From positions 62,001 through 126,000 of the forward strand of contig NIVC01000366.1 in the NCBI GenBank assembly GCA_002269645.1: 64,000 nucleotides of DNA, read 5' to 3'. Origin of the DNA: Macrostomum lignano. Taxonomy: Eukaryota. Within the stretch, counting starts at the first letter, position 1. The number at the start of each line of letters is the position of its first letter. Positions 53,301 through 64,000 of this stretch are shown here, piece by piece. The notes below the pieces were generated by a model. The model made no database searches and was not told the origin of the DNA. It saw nothing but the letters and a program-made list of their open reading frames with translations. Made by a program: the position numbers and the translations under genes.

Positions 53301-53625
53301 ACGGATGTCCACTTCTAGACAGAGATGTCCACTTCTAGACACGGGTGTCCACTTATACACAGGGATGTCCACTTATAGACAGAGATGTCCACTTATAGAC
53401 ACGGATGTCCACTTCTAGACAGATATCCACTTATAGACAGGGATGTCCACTTCTTGATAGGGACGTCCAATTCTAGATACAAATGTCCACTTCTAGACAG
53501 AGATGTCTACTTATAGACACAGATGTCCACTTCTAGACACGGATGTCCACTTCTAGACACGGATGTCCACTTCTAGGCACGGATGTCCACTTCTAGCAAG
53601 AGATGCCCACGTCAAGACAGGGATA
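47345..53625. repeat. 20-bp satellite (GTCCACTTCTAGACACGGAT) with higher-order structure
   Basis: About 6.3 kb. Identical ORF landmarks recur at 48035/49201/50395/51561 and at 48602/50962, 49768/52128. Confidence 0.97.
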
Positions 53626-53669
53626 TCATATCCTAACTACACAACATTCTTAGGGATAGTTGAGCAGCC

Positions 53670-56600
53670 ATGAATTTTTCCATTGGACCAACCCGTCTGC
53701 TGCTGCTGCTGCTGCTGTTGCTGTCAACACGTGAGCGGCTGCTGTGCGATGAGTCAGCCAGTTCAAGTCTTCACCAATCTTGCGGACCAAATCCGTTCTG
53801 GATACTGAAGGTTGGAGCCGAGCGACTGCTTGGTAGACTAGTCACTGAAGGTCAGTATCTACGATACTTTTCACTAGTACTGTACGTTTTAGCAATTTAC
53901 GAGCGGATATGCGTGTTTGTAATTCTCAGCCCGCCAGTGTCGATGTACATGACATGTAATTCAACTATTCACAAGTGTATGTACATTCACTCCTTCCCCC
54001 CGCCACTAGTATGTACATTCACTCCTTCCTCCAGCCACTAGTATGTACATTCACTCCTTCCCCCAGCCACTAGTATGTACATTCACTCCTTCCTCCAGCC
54101 ACTAGTATGTATATTCACTCCTTCCCCCAGCCACTAGTATGTACATTCACTCCTTCCCCAGCCACTAGTATGTACATTCACTCCTTCCTCCAGCCACTAG
54201 TATGTATATTCACTCCTTCCCCCAGCCACTAGTATGTACATTTACTCCTTCCTCCAGCCACTAGTATGTACATTCACTCCTTCCCCAGCCACTAGTATGT
54301 ACTTTCACTCCTTCCCCCAGCCACTAGTATGTACATTCACTCCTTCCCCCAGCCACTAGTATGTACATTCACTCCTTCTCTCAGCCACTAGTATGTACAT
54401 TCACTCCTTCCCCCAGCCACTAGTATGTACATTCACTCCTTCCCTCAGCCACTAGTATGTACATTCACTCCTTCCCCCAGCCACTAGTATGTACATTCAC
54501 TCCTTCCCTCAGTCACTAGTATGTACATTCACTCCTTCCCCCAGCCACTAGTATGTACATTCACTCCTTCTCCCAGCCACTAGTATGTACATTCACTCCT
54601 TCCCCCAGCCACTAGTATGTACATTCACTCCTTCCCCAGCCACTAGTATGTACATTCACTCCTTCCCCCAGCCACTAGTATGTACATTCACTCCTTCCCC
54701 CAGCCACTAGTATGTACATTCACTCCTTCCCCCAGCCACTAGTATGTACATTCACTCCTTCCCTCAGCCACTAGTATGTACATTCACTCCTTCCCCCAGC
54801 CACTAGTATGTACATTCACTCCTTCCCCCAGCCACTAGTATGTACATTCACTCCTTCCCCCAGCCACTAGTATGTACATTCACTCCTTCTCCCAGCCACT
54901 AGTATGTACATTCACTCCTTCCCCCAGCCACTAGTATGTACATTCACTCCTTCCCCCAGCCACTAGTATGTTCATTCACTCCTTCCCCCAGCCACTAGTA
55001 TGTACATTCACTCCTTCCCTTAGCCACTAGTATGTACATTCACTCCTTCCCCCAGCCACTAGTATGTACATTCACTCCTTCCCCAGCCACTACTATGTAC
55101 ATTCACTCCTTCCCCAGCCACTAGTATGTACATTCACTCCTTCCCCAGCCACTAGTATGTACATTCACTCCTTCCCCCAGCCACTAGTATGTACATTCAC
55201 TCCTTCCCTCAGCCACTAGTATGTACATTCACTCCTTCCCCCAGCCACTAGTATGTACATTTACTCCTTCCTCCAGCCACTAGTATGTACATTCACTCCT
55301 TCCCCCAGCCACTAGTATGTACATTCACTCCTTCCCCCAGCCACTAGTATGTACATTCACTCCTTCCCTCAGCCACTAGTATGTACATTCACTCCTCCCC
55401 AGCCACTAGTATGTACATTTACTCCTTCCTCCAGCCACTAGTATGTACATTCACTCCTTCCCCCAGCCACTAGTATGTACATTCACTCCTTCCCCCAGCC
55501 ACTAGTATGTACATTCACTCCTTCCTCCAGCGACTAGTAAGTACATTCACTCCTTCCCCCAGCCACTAGTATGTACATTCACTCCTTCCTCCAGCCACTA
55601 GTATGTACATTCACTCCTTCCTCCAGCCACTAGTATGTACATTCACTCCTTCCTCCAGCCACTAGTATGTACATTCACTCCTTCTCCCAGCCACTAGTAT
55701 GTACATTCACTCCTTCCCTCAGCCACTAGTATGTACATTCACTCCTTCCCCCAGCCACTAGTATGTACATTCACTCCTTCCCTCAGCCACTAGTATGTAC
55801 ATTCACTCCTTCCCTCAGCCACTAGTATGTACATTCACTCCTTCCCCCAGCCACTAGTATGTACATTCACTCCTTCCCCAGCCACTAGTATGTACATTCA
55901 CTCCTTCCCCAGCCACTAGTATGTACATTCACTCCTTCCCCAGCCACTAGTATGTACATTCACTCCCTCCCCCAGCCACTAGTATGTACATTCACTCCTT
56001 CCCTCAGTCACTAGTATGTACATTCACTCCTTCCCCCAGCCACTAGTATGTACATTCACTCCTTCCCCCAGCCACTAGTATGTACATTCACTCCTTCCCC
56101 CAGCTACTAGTATGTACATTCACTCCTTCTCCCAGCCACTAGTATGTACATTCACTCCTTCCCCAGCCACTAGTATGTACATTCACTCCTCCCCCAGCCA
56201 CTAGTATGTACATTCACTCCTCCCCCAGCCACTAGTATGTACATTCACTCCTTCCCCAGCCACTAGTATGTACATTCACTCCTTCCCCAGCCACTAGTAT
56301 GTACATTCACTCCTTCCCCCAGCCACTAGTATGTACATTCACTCCTTCCCCCAGCCACTACTATGTACATTCACTCCTTCCCTCAGCCACTAGTATGTAC
56401 ATTCACTCCTTCCCCAGCCACTAGTATGTACATTCACTCCTTCCCCCAGCCACTAGTATGTACATTCACTCCTTCCCCCAGCCACTAGTATGTACATTCA
56501 CTCCTTCCCCCAGCCACTAGTATGTACATTCACTCCTTCCCCCAGCCACTAGTATGTACATTCACTCCTTCCCTCAGCCACTAGTATGTACATTCACTCC

Positions 56601-59600
56601 TTCCCCCAGCCACTAGTATGTACATTCACTCCTTCCCCCAGCCACTAGTATGTACATTCACTCCTTCCCTCAGCCACTAGTATGTACATTCACTCCTTCT
56701 CCCAGCCACTAGTATGTACATTCACTCCTTCCCCAGCCACTAGTATGTACATTCACTCCTTCCCCAGCCACTAGTATGTACATTCACTCCTTCCCCCAGC
56801 CACTACTATGTACATTCACTCCTTCCCTCAGCCACTAGTATGTACATTCACTCCTTCCCCAGCCACTAGTATATACATTCACTCCTTCCCCCAGCCACTA
56901 GTATGTACATTCACTCCTTCCCCAGCCACTAGTATGTACATTCACTCCTTCTCCCAGCCACTAGTATGTACATTCACTCCTTCCCCCAGCCACTAGTATG
57001 TTCATTCACTCCTTCCCCCAGCCACTAGTATGTACATTCACTCCTTCCCTTAGCCACTAGTATGTACATTCACTCCTTCCCCCAGCCACTAGTATGTACA
57101 TTCACTCCTTCCCCCAGCCACTAGTATGTACATTCACTCCTTCCCCCAGCCACTAGTATGTACATTCACTCCTTCCCCCAGCCACTAGTATGTACATTCA
57201 CTCCTTCCCCCAGCCACTAGTATGTACATTCACTCCTTCCCCCAGCCACTAGTATGTACATTCACTCCTTCCCCCAGCCACTAGTATGTACATTTACTCC
57301 TTCCTCCAGCCACTAGTATGTACATTCACTCCTTCCCCCAGCCACTAGTATGTACATTCACTCCTTCCCCCAGCCACTAGTATGTACATTCACTCCTTCC
57401 CTCAGCCACTAGTATGTACATTCACTCCTCCCCCAGCCACTAGTATGTACATTCACTCCTTCCTCCAGCCACTAGTATGTACATTCACTCCTTCCCCCAG
57501 CCACTAGTATGTACATTCACTCCTTCCCCAGCCACTAGTATGTACATTCACTCCTTCCCCAGCCACTAGTATGTACATTCACTCCTTCCCCAGCCACTAG
57601 TATGTACATTCACTCCTTCCTCCAGCCACTAGTATGTACATTCACTCCTTCCAGCCACTAGTATGTACATTCACTCCTTCCCCAGCCACTAGTATGTACA
57701 TTCACTCCTTCCCCAGCCACTAGTATGTACATTCACTCCTTCCCTCAGCCACTAGTATGTACATTCACTCCTTCCCCAGCCACTAGTATGTACATTCACT
57801 CCTTCCCCAGCCACTAGTATGTACATTCACTCCTTCCCCAGCCACTAGTATGTACATTCACTCCTTCCCCAGCCACTAGTATGTACATTCACTCCTTCCC
57901 CAGCCACTAGTATGTACATTCACTCCTTCCCCAGCCACTAGTATGTACATTCACTCCTTCCCCAGCCACTAGTATGTACATTCACTCCTCCCCAGCCACT
58001 AGTATGTACATTCACTCCTTCCCCAGCCACTAGTATGTACATTCACTCCTTCCCCCAGCCACTAGTATGTACATTCACTCCTTCCCCCAGCCACTAGTAT
58101 GTACATTCACTCCTTCCCCAGCCACTAGTATGTACATTCACTCCTTCCCAGCCACTAGTATGTACATTCACTCCTTCCCCCAGCCACTAGTATGTACATT
58201 CACTCCTTCCCCCAGCCACTAGTATGTACATTCACTCCCCCCCAGCCACTAGTATGTACATTCACTCCTTCCCCCAGCCACTAGTATGTACATTCACTCC
58301 TTCCCCCAGCCACTAGTATGTACATTCACTCCTTCCCCCAGCCACTAGTATGTACATTCACTCCTTCCCCAGCCACTAGTATGTACATTCACTCCTTCCC
58401 CCAGCCACTAGTATGTACATTCACTCCTTCCCCCAGCCACTAGTATGTACATTCACTCCTTCCCCAGCCACTAGTATGTACATTCACTCCTTCCCCCAGC
58501 CACTAGTATGTACATTCACTCCTTCCCCCAGCCACTAGTATGTACATTCACTCCTTCCCCCAGCCACTAGTATGTACATTCACTCCTTCCCCCAGCCACT
58601 AGTATGTACATTCACTCCTTCCCCAGCCACTAGTATGTACATTCACTCCTTCCCCAGCCACTAGTATGTACATTCACTCCTTCCCCAGCCACTAGTATGT
58701 ACATTCACTCCTTCCCCCAGCCACTAGTATGTACATTCACTCCTTCCCCCAGCCACTAGTATGTACATTCACTCCTTCCCCCAGCCACTAGTATGTACAT
58801 TCACTCCTTCCCCAGCCACTAGTATGTACATTCACTCCTTCCCCAGCCACTAGTATGTACATTCACTCCTTCCCCAGCCACTAGTATGTACATTCACTCC
58901 TTCCCCAGCCACTAGTATGTACATTCACTCCTTCCCCCAGCCACTAGTATGTACATTCACTCCTTCCCTCAGCCACTAGTATGTACATTCACTCCTTCCC
59001 CCAGCCACTAGTATGTACATTCACTCCTTCCCCCAGCCACTAGTATGTACATTCACTCCTTCCCCCAGCCACTAGTATGTACATTCACTCCTTCCCCAGC
59101 CACTAGTATGTACATTCACTCCTTCCCTCAGCCACTAGTATGTACATTCACTCCTTCCCCAGCCACTAGTATGTACATTCACTCCTTCCCCAGCCACTAG
59201 TATGTACATTCACTCCTTCCCCCAGCCACTAGTATGTACATTCACTCCTTCCCCAGCCACTAGTATGTACATTCACTCCTTCCCCCAGCCACTAGTATGT
59301 ACATTCACTCCTTCCCCAGCCACTAGTATGTACATTCACTCCTTCCCCCAGCATTCACTAGTATGTACATTCACTCCTTCAGCTCATTCACTCAGCCACT
59401 AGTATGTTTAGTTCAGGAAATTCCACTTTCGCACTGTATTTTAGCTCGCGCACTGTATTACTCTGCCAACCAACCTCACCCCCGAAAACCCGCAGACGAG
59501 TTCGAGCTGCTGTTCAACAGAGGACTTGTGCATGTCAAGGGCAAGAAATTTCGTCGGCTTTTAAAAAAATACCAAGAATGCCTCCTATCTGTTGAGAATG

Positions 59601-59611
59601 GCGATTTCTGA
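53670..59611 (+). CDS. Putative small secreted protein, 115 aa, family not recognised; exons 53670-53850 and 59445-59611
   Basis: ATG followed by a poly-Leu signal-like segment. The GAAG|GTCAGT donor (phase 1) joins the TTTTAG|CT acceptor in frame. Non-repetitive protein-like sequence on both sides. Confidence 0.55.
53975..59405 (+). repeat. 32-33-bp minisatellite (CCAGCCACTAGTATGTACATTCACTCCTTCCC), about 5.4 kb
   Basis: Roughly 165 copies; variation is mostly in C-run length. Confidence 0.98.
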
Positions 59612-59954
59612 GTAGATGGTTTTACCGGGCCATGTAGACTGAATTTGACTAAAAAATAAACCAGTCTAACACCCAAAAAATGGATGACATGGTTGCTGCC
59701 ATAATAAATAGTTAAATCCTAATTAAAATGCTGGATACAAAATAATGTAATCTTGTTCTAAAAGAGGAGCACATGATATATTAATTTTTGCTATTCAAGG
59801 ACTGGCTATTCAAATTTTCAAAATAAAGCATGCATTATGCTGTACAGTACATGTACATGTAGAACCACCCCTGTTTACAACATATTAACAGAATCATTGA
59901 ATGCACAGATAGTTAATGAGTTAAAACAGATCCCCATCTGTCATGTTATCCCAA

Positions 59955-60135
59955 AAGGTCATTGATATCCCATTCCGTCATTGATATCCCCATCGATCCG
60001 TCATTGATATCCCAACCCATCATTGATATTCTAATCCGTCATTAATATCCCAACCCATCATTGATATTCTAATCCGTCATTAATATCCCAACCCATCATT
60101 GATATTCTAATCCGTCATTAATATCCCAATCCGTC
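59955..60135 (+). repeat. 19/38-bp tandem repeat (CCATCATTGATATTCTAATCCGTCATTAATATCCCAAC)
   Basis: Direct repeats near the end of the DEG/ENaC gene. Confidence 0.85.
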
Positions 60136-60324
60136 TAACTGATTAATTATATTTAGAGGCAATCATGTATTTTATTGTGAATCACTTTAAGCATCGGCAA
60201 CAATCAGAACAGCATAGGTGACCAGTAGAATCTGTATTGTGCAAGCAAGTATGAGATGCATGCCAATAACAGAAGACAAATTAATAAAACAGGCTGGATC
60301 AGCTACATGGTTATACGCTCGTAG

Positions 60325-63300
60325 CTATTTCAACGCAGACTTGGATGACTTGGTCAGTGGCACAGTTTCAGCGGCTGTTCGCTTTCCACAGCGGTCAGTT
60401 CTAAGATAATCAATCAACAGGTAAAGAAATTCGACCAGTTCGATCAGGAAGGCCATGGTTAGACCCAGATAGAGCGAGCACAGGCCTCCGATGCGACTCA
60501 TCAAGGCTTCGAGGGTCACAGTGAGTTTCTCGCGTTTGTGCACACTATCGAAGCTGCGCCTGCGGACTATGATGTAGGCAAACTGGTTGTAGCCCTTCGG
60601 CACCAGGCTCTTGCGGTCCTCGGGAATCCGTCGGAGATTGGTGCTATTCAAGTAGGTCATGATCTTTGACTCCATTTTGGCCGCTGTGTCCGAGTCTTTC
60701 TTGGATCTGTACGAATATTGGTATGGGTTGAATGGGTCAGAGGCTGGGCAATCGATTCAATTGCGACAGCTGCTTGCTTTCAATTAAATTGAATCCTGTT
60801 TATTGCTAATCGTGGGGCCAAGGACCACTAGAATTTACCCTTGTATCCGAACGTAACACTCGTAAATATTACAATATTAATTTGAAGGCTCACTCGTAAA
60901 GATGTCATTCCCGCACTCGTGACCGTGCAGGAATCATATTCATTCTTATTCGATTAGAATTGCATTCTTATTGGTCTAACTGCGCGCGGTCTATGATTAA
61001 AATAGAATCAAATAAGAATGAGTTCATGAAGAGGTCATTTGTACGTCTATGGCAAAAAGCACTCGTTAGCGTTCTAGAATCGTTTCAATATCATTTGCAT
61101 CCTGACTGCAGATAAATGCATTGACTAGTTACTAGCTACAATAAATAACACGCAGTCTTGGTAGAACAGCTCGGGCGGGGTAGAATAATTACTTATCTGC
61201 TAGGCAAAGTTCTAAAAAATAGAACTTCAGTGCATTCCCTGGCATTACACAGAGGAACTTCAAGAGACTCTCCAAGAGACATCCAACAGACTCCAGAGAC
61301 ACTCAAGAGACATCCAAGAGACACTTAAGAGACACTCCAAGAGACACTCAAGAGACATCCAAGAGACACCCAGAAGACACTCAAGAGACATCCAAGAGAC
61401 ACTCTAGAGACATCCAAGAGACACTCAAGAGACATCCAAGAGACACCCAGAAGACACTCAAGAGACATCCAAGAGACACTCAAGAGACACTCCAAGAGAC
61501 ACTCAAGAGACACTCAAGAGACATCCAAGAGACACTCAAGAGACATCCAAGAGACACTCAAGAGACATCCAAGAGACACCCAGAAGACACTCAAGAGACA
61601 TCCAAGAGACACTCAAGAGACACTCCAAGAGACACTCAAGAGACACTCAAGAGACATCCAAGAGACACTCAAGAGACATCCAAGAGACACTCAAGAGACA
61701 TCCAAGAGACACCCAGAAGACACTCAAGAGACATCCAAGAGACACTCAAGAGACACTCCAAGAGACACTCAAGAGACACTCAAGAGACATCCAAGAGACA
61801 CTCAAGAGACATCCAAGAGACACTCAAGAGACATCCAAGAGACACCAGAAGACACTCAAGAGACATCCAAGAGACACTCAAGAGACACTCCAAGAGACAC
61901 TCAAGAGACACTCAAGAGACATCCAAGAGACACTCAAGAGACATCCAAGAGACACTCAAGAGACATCCAAGAGACACTCAAGAGACATCCAAGAGACACC
62001 CAGAAGACACTCAAGAGACATCCAAGAGACACTCAAGAGACACTCCAAGAGACACTCAAGAGAAACTCAAGAGACATCCAAGAGACACTCAAGAGACATC
62101 CAAGAGACACTCAAGAGACATCCAAGAGACACCCAGAAGACACTCAAGAGACATCCAAGAGACACTCAAGAGACACTCCAAGAGACACTCAAGAGACACT
62201 CAAGAGACATCCAAGAGACACTCAAGAGACATCCAAGAGACACTCAAGAGACATCCAAGAGACACCAGAGACACTCAAGAGACATCCAAGAGACACTCAA
62301 GAGACACTCAAGAGACACTCAAGAGACACTCAAGAGACATCCAAGAGACACTCAAGAGACATCCAAGAGACACTCAAGAGACATCAAGAGACACTCAAGA
62401 GACATCCAAGAGACACCAGAGACACTCAAGAGACATCCAAGAGACACTCAAGAGACACTCAAGAGACACTCAAGAGACACTCAAGAGACACTCCAAGAGA
62501 CACTCAAGAGACATCAAGAGACACTCAAGAGACACTCAAGAGACACTCAAGAGACACTCAAGAGACACTCAAGAGACACTCAAGAGACACTCAAGAGACA
62601 TCCAAGAGACACTCAAGAGACATCCAAGAGACACTCAAGAGACATCCAAGAGACACTCAAGAGACATCCAAGAGACACTCAAGACACTCAAGAGACGATC
62701 CCCACAATGGGACCCTTGCCAAACAAATTGGTTTCCAAGAAAAATTGCTTTGCAGGACAGCTAGGCGGAGAAACCCTTACTGTCTGCTCAAAATCATCCA
62801 TAATTTTATTAATATCAAAAACCAATTTTGACAAACTTGATCTGGTTTTAAAGCCGATTAAATTCTTCGCATTTACACGATAAATGATTTATTAGCATGT
62901 TATTTAAAATCTATCTTGAATTGTGATTGATGAAGAGACCTTATTTTATGCTGCATAGTTAGAGTTCATTGACTTGAAACTTATTTTGCTTAAAAAAGTT
63001 ACTCTTGTAAAAAGCATCAGCTTCATTCAAATTTGTGCTCATTTTCCTATGAAACTTATGCCATTTTTTGAAGAATTTATTCAACTTTAAATAGCGACCA
63101 AGATTGCTATTTCGAAATTATCCAACTTAGCTTGCCAAGCGGCCTTATTCAAACCTTGCTCGCAGTAGTCTCGCCCAGCTCTGCGACTGGTCCATCATCC
63201 AATGCAGCTGGAAGTTGGTTGCTCGCCAGCGCGTCACCGACGACTGCTGCGGATAGGTGTAGCGACTGCAGCGCTTCCGACACGTGGTGCCGTACGCCGC

Positions 63301-64000
63301 CTGACGCACGGCTCTGACATCGACTCCGCTAAGGCAGTCGAGGCGTCTGAAAAAATAACGGAAAACCAATGCCACGGCTCTGTAATGTACACAAAAGAGC
63401 GTGCAAACCTGGAAAATTTGGAGCAGAATAACAAAGTTACCCTAAAGTAAAACAGTTAAACAGTTTCTACCTTCTTCTTTCCCTATATTTCTAGTATAAG
63501 TAGAGTGATTAAAATGTTATTTATTATTATTAGTGTTATACATTAGATATTCTGTAGTTTCTACTGCAAGTAGAGTATAAAGAGTATGCTTTGACATACT
63601 CGTACATGTATCGAAAATCAATTTATCAATCGCACAGCTTTCTACTAACAATTAATGCATGTTGTGACGGTCGAGCCCGATCGTGACTATGAGTAGTTTT
63701 GTAACTTCTACTCAACAATAGCATTAATACATGCCTTACCGGAAGAAGCTTTCAGTTTTGTTCGGATCAATATTGCCACAGTAAGGTGTCTGAAGCGTCG
63801 GTCGAGCCACTGGCCGGGGCAGGTGGGCCAAGACGCAGCCGCACCGATTGATCACGTGACGATTGAGCTCCTGGTCGATGCAGGCCCGATAGGAATAGGA
63901 ATAATTCCTGCCCAAATCGTAGATGTAAGGCTGGTGACCCGGATGGCAGCGATCGTTGGGCAACTCGGTAGCCTCACTCCATTGGATGGTGTCGAAAGCA
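60325..64000 (-). CDS. DEG/ENaC (ASIC/pickpocket superfamily) channel, 3' part; exons >64000-63740, 63346-63155, tentative 62760-62714, about 60743-60325
   Basis: Cys-rich YSYRACIDQ...VINRCGC...PYC and CRKRCSRYTY...S.TRW, plus TM2 TLEALMSRIGGLCSLYLGLTMAFLIELVEF. The first junction CG|GT..AG|A is in frame; the mini-exon is needed to fix phase but has a weak donor. Confidence 0.88.
61260..62697 (+). repeat. 11-12-bp minisatellite (CAAGAGACACT / CCAAGAGACAT) in a DEG/ENaC intron
   Basis: Direct tandem repeat of about 1.4 kb. Confidence 0.96.

Overview
Eukaryotic (metazoan) genomic DNA. The GC-rich exons, GT-AG introns filled with minisatellites and CCCTAA-type repeats resemble a flatworm such as Macrostomum; the species is inferred, not verified. 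Six genes lie on the + strand: an 8-exon mucolipin/TRPML channel (4671-24831), an ankyrin-like/SOCS-box protein (28929-32625), a folate-receptor/riboflavin-binding-family GPI-type protein (33352-34752), ITFG2 (36097-41597), a universal stress protein (43109-43947) and a small two-exon putative secreted protein I do not recognise (53670-59611). The 3' part of a DEG/ENaC channel gene lies on the - strand (60325 to beyond 64000). Mucolipin intron 6 (15.5 kb) holds a young full-length Ty3/gypsy LTR retrotransposon (14270-23177; near-identical LTRs, tRNA-Leu PBS, GTAC TSD, GGGAAAC frameshift site). The same intron has transposon remnants and a tandem pair of pseudoknot-like ~155-nt units that may be ribozymes. 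Decayed LINE and mariner remnants occupy the first 4.6 kb. A large share of the window (roughly 40%) is tandem repeat, including a 20-bp satellite with a 2360-bp higher-order repeat and several minisatellites sharing an ATGTAC core. All coordinates and splice models were read by eye.
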